A stretch of 64,000 bases of DNA from Octopus sinensis. Lineage: Eukaryota. Of the stretch, positions 52,508-64,000 are shown piece after piece (the first letter of the stretch is position 1; the number at the start of each line of letters is the position of its first letter). Position numbers and translations under genes: made by a program. The stretch lies in NCBI RefSeq assembly GCF_006345805.1, contig NC_042999.1, positions 14,570,001-14,634,000 of the forward strand, read 5' to 3'. The notes below the pieces were generated by a model. That model ran no database searches and was not told the origin of the DNA. It was given only the letters and a program-made list of their open reading frames with translations.

Positions 52508-52870
52508 TAGGCGTAGGAGTGCTTACCAACCACATGGTTCCGGGTTCAGTCCCACTGCATGACACCTTGGGCAAGTGTCTTCTACTATAGCCTTGGGGCG
52601 ACCAAAGCCTTGTGAGTGGATTTCGTAGACGGAAACTGAAAGAAACCCATCATATATATATAAATATATATGTGTGTGTGTGTGTGTGTATATGTTTGTG
52701 TGTCTGTATTTGTCCCCACAACATCGCCTGACAACCAATGCTGGTGTGTTTATGTCCCCGTAACTTAGCAGTTCAGCAAAAGAGACCGATAGAATAAGTA
52801 CTAGGCTTACAAAGAATAAGTCTTGGGGTCGATTTCCTCTACTAAAGGTGGTGTTCCAGCATGGCCACAG
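52508..52870 (+). mobile_element. Family A SINE
   Basis: TAGGCGTAGGAGTG head with a small deletion; body intact; tail replaced by a D-type block. Confidence 0.8.
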
Positions 52871-53810
52871 TAGAAATAAGTCGCGACATCACTGGTACCA
52901 GGCTGTATCGGCCTTTGCTTTTCCCTTGGACAATATCCATGGCATGGAGAGAGGAAGCTGGTATGCATGAGTGATTGCTGGTCTTCCATAAACAACCTTG
53001 CCCAGACTTGTGCCTCAGAGAGTAACTTTCTAGGTGCAATCCCATGGTCATTTATGACTGAAGCGGGGTTCCGCTGGCGGAACTGTTAGCATAATGGACA
53101 AAATATTTTCTTGTATTTCTTCCACCTCATCATGTCCTAAGTTCAAATTTCACCGAGGCCAGTTTTGTCTTTCGTCCTTTCAGAGTCCATAAAATAAAAT
53201 ACCAGTTGAACACTAGGTTCAGTGTATTTGCTTAATTCCATCCCCAAAATTTGCTGGCCTTGACCCAAAATTTGAAACCATTGTTATTTTCTTATGACTA
53301 TCACATGCTTTATTAGTTAGCAGGGATGTTGTTTTTGTTATCATCATCATCATCATTATTATTATTATTATTAATAGCATTATTTATAGCACTGATACAA
53401 GGCTGCAGTGTCTGGTGGGCTCTATTTAATCATTGGTATTTATATTATTGAACTCCCCCCCCCCTGCCAATACCACCACAACCACACTGTAATAATGGCT
53501 TCTTACATTGACACAAAGCCAACAAATTTACAGGAGATGGAAATATAATCAATCAAATCGACTATCAGTATAATACTGTTACTAATGAGTACATGACCAT
53601 GTTGGAAGGAAAAAACCAGAGCCGATCTCACCCAGATTTGAACTCAGAATATTAGGGGATGTAACTAAATATCACAAGGCTTTTTATTTGGCAGTGTACC
53701 AATATTGTGAATATAACAATGATCATAATAATGATCGTTTAGTAATAGTGAAACAAGGCTTGTAAGTTCATAGTCTATAAATAAAGAATAATATACATAC
53801 ATTATATATA

Positions 53811-54198
53811 CAGGGATTGGACAAAATAATGGAAACACCTTAAAATTTCAAATAAAATTTATTTTAATATGGGGTATGACTGCCTATGGCTGTAATTACA
53901 GCTTGAATTCTATAAGGTATGGACTTGTACACAGTTTGAATTGTTTCCAAAGGATTTTTTGTCCATTCTTCAGCTAAAACGGTCTCCAGTTCTCGAAGTG
54001 ATGATGAAGGATATCGACTCCTTACTTGTTTTTCTAAATTGCACTGTAAATGTATCTGAAAAGAAACAGCAATATTAGCAAAACATATTAAGCAACACTA
54101 ATAATAAATCAAAAAACATAAAAATAAACAAGCTTTTGATGGTTTTATAGATATTTCAAAATTACGATGCTAGGTGTTTCCATTATTTTGTCCAACCC

Positions 54199-54201
<3 letters not shown>
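53811..54201. mobile_element. Internally deleted Tc1-like element (391 bp)
   Basis: 30-bp TIRs CAGGG(A/G)TTGGACAAAATAATGGAAACACCT with 1 mismatch; TA on both sides. Confidence 0.9.
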
Positions 54202-54244
<43 letters not shown>

Positions 54245-54477
54245 TTGTCATCATTTAACATCTGTTCTCCATGCTAGCATGGTTCGGATGGTTTGGCAGA
54301 GGTTGGTAAGGCCAGTAAGGATCCATTGTATGTTTTGGCATGGTTTCTATGACTGGATTCCCTTCCTAATGCCAACCACTTTATAGAATGTACTGGGTGC
54401 TTTTTACATAGCACCAGCACTGACAAAACCCCACACAGCTGGGAACATATATATATACATATATACATATAATCATT

Positions 54478-54710
54478 AAGGCGGCGAGCTGGCAGAAACG
54501 TTAGTGTGCTGAGCAAAATGCTTAGCAGTATTTCGTCTGCCGCTATGTTCTGAGTTCAAATTCCGCCGGGGTTTACTTTGCCTTTCATCCTTTCAGGGTT
54601 GATAAATAAAGTACCAGTTTCACACTGGGGTCGATGTACTCAACTTAATCCCTTTGCCTGTCCTTGTTTGTCTCCTCTATGTTTAGCCCCTTGTGGGCAG
54701 TAAAGAAATA
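54478..54710 (+). mobile_element. Family B SINE monomer with TSD
   Basis: ATATAATCATT at 54467-54477 and 54716-54726. Confidence 0.85.
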
Positions 54711-55368
54711 TATATATATAATCATTGTTCTAATGGACAATTTTGCATGCTTGCACAGGTCAGGCAAGATTACATTGAAGCAAGTGTTTTCTATGGCCAG
54801 ATGCCCTTCTTGTTGGCAATATCCACCTGTTTCCAGGCATGGTTAATAATCTCTGCCTGGCTATTGCACAATAAACTGTCTGGACATGGCCTTGCAGAGA
54901 ACTGGAAACAAATGACATCATTTAATTGAAATTTATGTTTACAGAGAACAGGAAGCTTGGACATGCTTTTGTGGCTGAATATAAAAGAAAGGACATTGTC
55001 TGTCTGAATAGTGAGGCTTTTCTTAATAATCAACAAATACAATTTGTGAAAATGGAAAAGACAACTTCACTCATACTAACACATGTATACTGACACACAC
55101 ACACACACGAGTGGATGTATGTGCACACACATACACATACATTGATCATTATTGTGAGATAGATATGTATTCATTATCTTTGTTTAATACCCGTACTCCA
55201 TGCTAGCAGGGGTTTGATGATTCAACAGAAGCTGGTGTGCCAAGCACCAATGTTTGATTTGGCATGGTTCTGATAACCAGATGCTCTTTCTAATGCCAAT
55301 CAATTTACAGAGCGTACTGGATGCAATTTTTTATGGCACCAACATTATGTAGGTCACTAAGTGACTTG

Positions 55369-55405
<37 letters not shown>

Positions 55406-55446
55406 ATAATCATCTATCAGTGTGTATTTCGCTCATAAACACACCT

Positions 55447-55523
55447 CGCCCGGTCTGAGATTCGAACCTGCAATTCCTCGACTGCGAGTCCACTACTCTA
55501 ACCACTAGGCTATGTGCCTCCAC
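55447..55523 (-). mobile_element. tRNA-derived SINE head with intact Pol III A and B boxes
   Basis: Minus strand GGCACATAGCCTAGTGGTTAGAG...GCAGGTTCGAATCTC; no acceptor stem, so not a tRNA gene. Confidence 0.65.
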
Positions 55524-55845
55524 TTAGGATATCTGGTTCATGATTGTAAAGTCATGAGTTCAATTCCTAGTGGTGCATTGTGTCCTTGAGCAAGACACTT
55601 TATTTCATATTACTCCAGTCAACCCAGCAGGCAAAAATGACCTGTACCTGTAATTCAAAGGGCCAGCTTTGTCACATTCTGCATCATCCTGGGAACTACA
55701 TTAAGGGTACAAATGTCTGTGGAGTACTCAACCAGTTGCACATTAATTTCATGAACAGACTGTTCTGTTGATTGAATCAACTGGAACACTCGTCATCATA
55801 ACTGACGGAGTACCAGTTACAGTTTTTTTTATATATATATATATG

Positions 55846-56411
55846 CGAGGGTGAATCAAGGAGTAATTCCATTTTGTTTAGGACAGGTATAATTACCAAC
55901 ACAGGAACATGTATCATACATCAAAATGAAGCTGGTCCTCTGTGGATCACATCCCTACTTCTCAACATAGTCACAGTTTCTCTCAATAGTAATGTTCCAC
56001 CTTCGAATGAGAGCATGTATCCCTGCCCGATAAAATTCTATTGACTGTTCTTTGAGCCACTTCTTCACTACAGTTTTCACTTCTTTGTCACTGGAATAAT
56101 TTAGCCCCTTCAGACTGTCATCTCTTCAGCCCCATGAAAGAGGGTTTGAAAGGCAAACATTATTTCAGTGACAAGGAAGTGAAAACTGTAGTGAAGAAGT
56201 GGCTCAAAGAACAGTCAACAGAATTTACGGGACACAGATACATGCTTTCATTCGAAGGTGGAACATTGCTATTAAGAGAAACAGTGACTATGTTGAGAAG
56301 TAGGGATGTGATCCACAGAGGACCAGCTTCATTTTGATGTATGACACATGTTCCTGTGTTGGTAATTATACCTGTCCTAAACAAAATGGCATTACTTTTT
56401 GACTCACCCTC

Positions 56412-56412
<1 letters not shown>
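55846..56412. mobile_element. Fold-back mariner derivative built from two inverted transposase 3' ends (567 bp)
   Basis: Arms 55846-56100 and 56159-56412 are reverse complements; the spacer plus right arm reads LAPSDCHLFSPMKEGLKGKHYFSDKEVKTVVKKWLKEQ, then RRWNIAIKRNSDYVEK* after a frameshift; termini CGAGGGTGA(A/G)TC. Confidence 0.9.
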
Positions 56413-56448
<36 letters not shown>

Positions 56449-59400
56449 GTGACTGCGTAAACAATATATATGAATGTGTGTATATATGTGTGATGATGAT
56501 GGTGTCATAATATAAATTCATATTTCTTTGGTTGTGAAACCTGATACCCAATCCTCCTGGGGCTTCGACAACTCCCACTAATCAAGACTAATTGTAAATA
56601 CTTACATTTCAAATACAAATTATTTATGTTTAATTCCTTTGTTATTATATTATTATTATTATTATCAGTTTTGTTTCTCTGTTACATTCTCTCCTTTTTA
56701 ACTAAACCCTCAGGTGCAAACACTGTGTGCACTTGTCACTTATCTCTTCATCCAGTTTAGTTTTTACCCAAGTTGTTGTTGTTTCTTCTACTGATGTTGT
56801 TGTCGCTGTTGTTGTTGTGTGCTGTTTATCTTTCCATCTTTTGGGAATTACTTACTGGAAGATACCTTATGTATAATGTGTAGTTAATTTATACTGAGTG
56901 TGGACTCTTTCATAATTAATGTACACTGGCTCTTTTGGCTAGATCAAGCTCATTAGATATAATGCCACTTGGCTCTAATTTGTATGTTGTTGAAGAGGTA
57001 TAAAAAAAAAAGAGAGAAAGAGGTGGTGAGAGAGAGAGAAAGCGAGGATGGGAGATTGACAGAGAGATAGCGAGAGATTGATAGAGTGAATGTGGGCCTG
57101 ATGGGTGGGGAGAGCTTTCTAGCTTATAATCATGAGTTTCTCAAGTGTAAGTTGTTTAAACATATGTTGTCATTAATATTCGTGTTGCTGCCAAAGAGAC
57201 TATGAGAGAGTAAAATCATGGCTATGTTATACATCTATTGGTGTTAGCCAACACATACATACATATAAAAATATATATATATATACATACACATAATCTT
57301 ATATTTTTGTATACACGCACATACACATATATATATACATCATATTATTCTACTTGATGTAATAAGACAAGTAAACTATATTTCTCTTTTTTGTTTTGGT
57401 TTTTTTTAGACGTACATAAATATAGGAACATAAGTATTAATTTATATTTCATATTTCCTTTTTACCTATTCACATCAGCTACTGACTACATTCATATATT
57501 CCTTATATATATATATATATATATCTATATATTATATATATATATATATATTATATATAAACACATAGACACACATGTAGGCACATATTTACATAATGCT
57601 CTCTGACAACCGATTCCTCTTGATTACAGTTTCCATGGACTATTACACCAAGCATGTCAGAACTAATTCTTCGATATCTTTTGGATATATGTTAACACTG
57701 AAGCAAATGTTTCACTTTTGAATAATACCGAATCATATATATTATTAATGTTATTGTGCACGTGTGTGTATGCATGCATGTATGTACGTGTATCTCCATA
57801 TGTATCTGATAGTCATGCATATAGTATTTTCTATTTATATGCAAATGTTTTCTTTTCGTTTCATTTTTTTTTTTGTAACATTTTCTCTATTTATGTATTC
57901 CTGCGGCTTATAAAAAAACATAACAATATTATTTGAAAGAACTCGTAGAGCAACAAACAAGATGCCTTGCAGTCTTTAGCTGCAGTTCATTATGTCCCGA
58001 ATTCAAATACCGCTGAAGTTAATTTTGTTTCCATTTTCCCAGGGGCGATAAATAGTATGAAATGCTAAGGAGAGTTGAACAGCAGGAGGTCTTTAGAAAA
58101 CAAGCCCCATCATCACCACCACCATCACACAACCCTCCTTACGCAAGTGTTTTGACCCTTAAGTCTTACACTTACTAGGGCCAGGTCACATCCAGATCAT
58201 GACTCTTGGGTACCCTTCTGCTGCCACATTCTGTGCTATTGACTGCATTGCAACCCTCCTGGATGGTTAAGGTGTCCTAGAACCAAAGTGCCTTGGGTAT
58301 TGTAGCCAGTTCTGGCAAAGATATTTGACTGTAGGATAAATTATGTTTTCTGAAATTCACTTTCATTCCTCCTGGACCAAAATCCATGCCTACTTATGTC
58401 ATTGCCTTTAAGAGATCAAAAGAGTTTAGTACTGGGCTCAATATACGTGACTGTTAAGGTGATAAACTAACAGGATCATTAAGCATGCCAGGTAAAATGC
58501 TTAGCAGCATTTTGTCCTCCTTCACACTCTGAGTTCAAATTCTGCCGAGGTTGACACTGCCTTCCATCCTTTCAGCTTAAATAAATACCAGTTGAGCATT
58601 GCGTTTGATGTAAACCAACTTACTCCACCCCTGAAATTGCTGGCCTTGTGCCAAAATTTGAAACCAATATAAATGACTGTTCCTTCCTCTCAAATTTCTA
58701 GTTTTATGTCAATATAAGAAATCATCTGCAATTTTTACCCACCTTGTGAAGATAAGTTTGAGAATTATATTGAGTACAGTTATATATTATGATAGGAATA
58801 AGAATGTTTATAAAATATTTGGTAGATTTGTAGAACTATTAGAGCAATGTGCAAAATGTTTTGCTGGGTTGGACATTTTGACTGGGCTGGCATGCTGGAA
58901 GGCTGCACCAGACACCAGTCTGATTTGGCATGGTTTTCTACAGCTGGGTGCCTTTCCTAATGCCAACCACTCTGAGAGTGTAGTGGGTGCTTTTTACATG
59001 CCACCGGCACAGGTGCCTCTGGAGGCTGGCAGTGGCCACGATCGGTTGCGTGGCACCGGGATACTTAATTTATTGAGTCTGAAAGGATGAAAGATAAGGT
59101 CAACCTCAGCGGAATTTGAACTCAAAGTGTAAGGATGGACAAAACAGTGCTAACCATTTTGCCCACTTGCCACCTTGATGATGATAATAATAATAAGAAG
59201 AAGAAGATTGTCTTAACTGGTACATCACACGTATTGAGAAGAGCATTGTCGATGTGAGAACTATTACTACCCATGTATTTTAATTTAACTTAAAAAAAAA
59301 AATGAACGAACTAGTGAGTTTAGTTTAATGGCCTACCAATGTATACTATGAGTTTCTTTGCCCTAGGAGTCGGGAAGACACTCGGCAAGAAATGGAAGCA

Positions 59401-59954
59401 AATTTGAAAGAAGAAGAAAAAAAAAAATAATAATAATAATAATAATAATACCATAGCTCTGTTCACTCAACAACAAATGCATTATAATAACTTGTTTGGC
59501 AAAAGCAACAATTGTATGAGTGGTGTGGGTGGGAGCAGTAATTTTATTTTCCCATTCTGTTAATTTTACCATCTTTTGTATCCTGAAATAAAAATTTCTA
59601 TCAGTTATTTCTTTTAGAGTTAAGTTCAAATAACTATTTTATGGCAAGCTAGGTAGACTTGGATATGGAGAAAATGAAAAAAAAAAAAGTTAATAAAAAC
59701 GTTATTCTTTGATAAGAATAACATTGTAACTTTGGAACATCACAAGGATTATGATTGAGGAAATCTTAGGAAGAATGTAAAACTTTTTTATTCTTTGCTT
59801 AATCTAAATCTAGTGCTGTATGCATGCATGTTTGTGATTACACACACACACACACGTTTAGGTGTATACAGTGTGTGCATGTATATATATATATATGAAT
59901 GCATACATGTATATGCGTGTGTATGTATACGTTACATATGCAGATATATGTATG

Positions 59955-60305
59955 TATGTAGATAGATAGATAGATAGAGAGAGAGATGGATAGATAGAGA
60001 TAGATAGATGGATGGATAGATAGATAGAGATAGATCGATGGATAGATATCGATGGATAGATAGATAGAGATAGATGGATAGATAGATAGATAGATAGAGA
60101 TAGATGGATAGACAGATAGATGGATAGACAGATAGATATGGATAGACAGATAGATATGGATAGGCAGATAGATAGATGGATAGATAGAGATAGATGGATA
60201 GACAGAGATAGATGGATAGACAGATAGAGAGAGAGAGATGGATAGATAGATTGATAGATAGATGGATAGAGAGAGAGAGAGATGGATAGATAGAGAGATA
60301 GATAA
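59955..60305. repeat. (GATA)n/(GGAT)n/(GACA)n compound tetranucleotide microsatellite
   Basis: Direct observation. Confidence 0.95.
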
Positions 60306-61039
60306 TGTAGTTTTTATTGAAACCGAAGTCAGGAGTTTGTCTTGCAACCTGAGTTTCTCGCTGCTGTGGTCGGTAATCAAAGGACAGAAAGTAGCACTCA
60401 ACACATTTCGTTGAAGTTTTAAGTATTTAATAACAAACCAACTCAGTTTCACTTTCCTTAAAGTTTCATGGATGTAAAACATGTCCACTTTGTCAGATGT
60501 ATGGAACCAGAGTGGGGAGAAGTTGAAAGAAACTTTGAAATACCTTGCAGATAAGAATATTTAGACTTCCATTGGTCAAAGGTCAGTGCAGGTCACAGGC
60601 ATGCTTTAACTACCAGCAGCTACCATTCCTTCATCACATGCTCCACATGGTAGATCAGACAAGAGGTGGCTGTGTCTGCATTTACCATGTGGCAAGGTAA
60701 CCCATGTGGCAAGGTAAACCATGTGGTGGTGTTAGGTTATGTATCAGTTCACATGACAAGCAAGTACTTATATCTTTTTAAAATCTGGTATTTACTTTGT
60801 TAATCGCCTTATACTGGGAACAAACAAACAAATGCTGGTTGTCAAGCAGCAAGTGACAGATATACACACACATGTACATATGAAGAACTTCTGTGCAGTT
60901 TCTCTCATACCAGATTCTCTCACTGGCATTTGTCAGCCTGGGGCTATAGTAAATGACACTTGCCAATCATGTCACACAATAGGAAAACTACAGTCAAAGC
61001 TTTCTTACACACACTCATATATATATATATATCTTTTAT

Positions 61040-61430
61040 CATTTACTCATTTCAGTTATTACACTGCCACCATGCTGGAGCACTGCCTTGAAAAATTTAT
61101 AGTTGAATGTACCAGCCTCAGTACTTTTTTTTAAAGTGTGGTACTTATGCTATCGCTCTGTTTTGCCAAACCACTAAGTTACAGGGACATAGATACACCA
61201 ACACTGGTTATCAAGCAGTGGTAGAGGGACAAACACAGACACGAAAACACACACACATAGATATATATGAATGATAGGCTTCTTTCAGTTTCCATCTACC
61301 AAATCCACTCACAAGGCTTTGGTCAGCCCAATGCCATAGTAGAAGACACTTGCCCAAGGTACCACACAGTGGGACTGAACTTGGAACTATGTGGTTGGTA
61401 AGCAAGCTTCATACTGCACAGCCATGCCTA
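61040..61430 (-). mobile_element. Family A SINE
   Basis: Reverse complement match to family A. Confidence 0.8.
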
Positions 61431-62334
61431 GTTGAATAAAATTTTGGTAAAATCCTTCTCATATGTTATACAAAGCACTTCCACAGCCATTGGCTACCAG
61501 ATGTCATCATACAATGGGAATACTCTTGTTATTCATTAAACATCTGGAATTTCATAGTTCTTAAAAAGATAGATAAGAGAAAATAAATTGAAAGGCATTC
61601 TTTATTTCAAATCACTTCAATTGTTTCCACACATTGTTACACATGTTGTACATTTTTGAGATGATATAATTAACATATTTCATAATCACTATCGTCCATC
61701 AAAGGTGTAAAATGTATTCCTTTAAGTGATTATTCTGAATAAGTCCTTTGGCAGATAATATTGTCATTTCACTCTCTACAAGAATATCCAAAGCATTGAG
61801 CTATTTTCAGCAATTTGCAGACAAAACTAAACACACAGATATTGTAACAGACAAGATACAAATATAATCAAAATACAAAATACAGAAGCAAAGAAACAGC
61901 CACAAAAAAGAAAAACCATGTCAAGTTAACTATAAGTTACAATCCTATCTTCATGGTCAGATTATAAGGAAGAAAGAGAAAATCAGAATGAAGAATGAAA
62001 TTAAGTATTCAGAGATAATAATGTGATGAAGTGATAAAGACTGACCATTTCTGTGCTTATCAATTGTTAACTTGAAAGGGATATAAAGTACCTCCTGCCT
62101 ATTTACAGCAAAACATATGACTGCATTCCACACCAGAATCTGCCTCAATACAAAGTTAATTTGTGACTGTCTAGCTTTTATATCAATTTTTTGAATCATT
62201 GAGAAAAATAAGTTAGCAGGTAAACTCTCTCTCTCATGCGTATTCTGTCATTTACCCACATACAAGGTCATGTATATAGTTTTATACACACATACACATA
62301 TATATCTGTTTATATATATATATATATATATCAT

Positions 62335-62680
62335 CATCATCGTTTAACATCTGCTTTCCGTGCTAGCATGGGTTGGACGATTTGACTGAGGTCTGGCAAA
62401 CCAGATGACTGCACCAGGCTCCAATCTAATCTGGTAGAGTTTCTACAGCTGGATGCTCTTCCTAATGCCAACCACTCTAAGAGTGTAGTGGGTGCTTTTA
62501 CGTGCCACTGGCATGAAGGCCAGTCAAGTGGTACTGGCAACGCCCACATTTAAATGGTGCTTTTTATGTGCCACCTGCACAGGAGCCAGTCCAGCGGCAC
62601 TGGCAATGACCTGACTCAAATGTTTTTCATGTGCCACCAGCACAAGTGCCAGTAAGGCAACGCAGGTAATGATCACACTC
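62335..62680 (-). mobile_element. Family C copy
   Basis: (CAT)n CGTTTAACATCTGCTTTCCGTGCTAGCATGGG... with internal GTGCCA repeats. Confidence 0.85.
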
Positions 62681-63113
62681 GAAGTATATATATATACTTC
62701 TTTCAAACATTCTTACTACATTTATTATTAATATATGTTGAGTTCAAAGTTTAGCCTGCATACAAGATAGTGTATATAGTTTATAAATATATACACACAT
62801 ATATCTATTTGTATATGTCCACATGTATACTTCTTGCACACATTCTTATTATTTTTAAACCAGACATAAATAAATAAATACAGTATACTAAAGTAAAATA
62901 AAATAAAATACAATAAGCAGATTGCATCAATAGAGTTTTAATTATTAATTGTTTTTACCAAACTGTGAAAATGAGTGTTTTAGCCTGGGGCTGCATTTTG
63001 TAACTATTTCAGAGTGCCTGTTCAAAAGTTTACCAGTACACATTCAAATGCATACCATTTCCTCAGAACAGGGATTACCAGATCTTGAAAATGTATTGTA
63101 CAGAAGTGCATTT

Positions 63114-63151
<38 letters not shown>

Positions 63152-63154
63152 ACC

Positions 63155-63712
63155 ATCATCATCATCATCATCATCGTTTAACATCCGTTTTCCATTCTAG
63201 CACGGGTTGGACGGTTCGACCGGGATCTGGGGAGCTAAGAGACTGCACCAGGCTCCAGTCTGATCTGACAGTATTTCTACAGCTGGATGCTATTCCTAAC
63301 GCCAACCACTCTGTGAGTGTAGTGGGTGCTTTTTACGTGCCACCAGCACAGGTGCCTGGGGAGGCTGGCAGCGGCCACAATCGGTTGGTGCTTTTTACAT
63401 GCCACTGGCACAGAAGCCAGTCAAGGCGGCGCTGGCATCGGCCACATTCAGATGGTGCTTATATATATATATATATATATGTAGCACCATCCGAGCATGG
63501 CCGTTTGCCAGCCTCGTCTGGCACCTGTGTCAGTGGCACATAAAAAGCATCCACTACACTCACGGAGTGGTTGGCGTTGGGAAGGGCATCCAGCTGTAGA
63601 AACACTGCCAGATCTGACTGGCCTGGTGCAGCCTTTGGGCTTCCCAGACCCCAGTTGAACTGTCCAACCCATGCTAGCATGGAAAGCAGACGTTAAACGA
63701 TGATGATGATGA
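63155..63712. mobile_element. Head-to-head inverted pair of family C copies around an (AT)n core
   Basis: Left (-) 63155-63460, right (+) 63481-63712, tails pointing outward. Confidence 0.85.
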
Positions 63713-64000
63713 TATATATATATATAGGATAAACTCTGTAAGCATAGTAGCAATGTCAACCAAGTAATGTTGTCATGTCTACTGAGGATCATTCTGTCTT
63801 TCTTTGGCTGAGAAGAGCAGGCAGTTTTCCTCTGTCTGGTGGCCATGGTGAATGAGATTGTATGGTGGATAAAGATGAAAGGACCGAAGACCAACACTTT
63901 CTTCTTCAGCCACCTCCTCGTCAAACTCTTCAAGTTCCAGAGATATTTCCCTCCAGTAAATTTGTTAAAAGGTGCGTGAGATTAGTGTAAATGGCTTGCA

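Noticed and set aside
55447-55523. Possible tRNA gene (and similar heads at 36670-36740 and 48862-48930)
   Set aside because: A and B boxes are present but there is no acceptor stem, and the sequence continues into repeat bodies, so these are SINE heads.
59838-60488. 216-aa minus-strand ORF
   Set aside because: Three quarters is the (TATC)n and (AC)n repeats; the unique part has no recognisable motif.

Overview
AT-rich, repeat-dominated eukaryotic DNA that looks intronic or intergenic. The mix of tRNA-derived SINEs, RTE-clade LINE 3' ends, mariner/Tc1 elements and dense (AT)n, (AC)n, (AAT)n, (ATG)n and (GATA)n microsatellites resembles a coleoid cephalopod, probably Octopus; this is an inference from repeat style, not a database match. 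I can support no host protein-coding gene with confidence, and most of the supplied ORFs are microsatellite or SINE artefacts. The recognisable coding sequence is all transposon-derived: RTE LINE C-termini (11.5-12.0, 19.3-19.6/20.8-21.1 and 30.4-30.9 kb), a near-full-length dead mariner (26579-27868), a fold-back mariner derivative (55846-56412) and a decayed Helitron PIF1-helicase segment absent from the ORF track (about 51971-52250). The most interesting signals are (1) several minimal type-I hammerhead-ribozyme-like motifs of the Penelope/retrozyme kind, including a tandem pair of ~155-bp units and one motif at the 3' end of a tRNA-headed SINE, (2) a near-identical 1.47-kb tandem duplication, (3) long fold-back structures that would give dsRNA if transcribed, (4) two SINE-into-SINE insertions at the same homologous site and (5) a speculative minus-strand micro-exon chain. 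SINE family labels A-E are my own working names. Repeat boundaries were read by eye and are approximate (about +/-10-20 bp) unless TIRs or TSDs are given.
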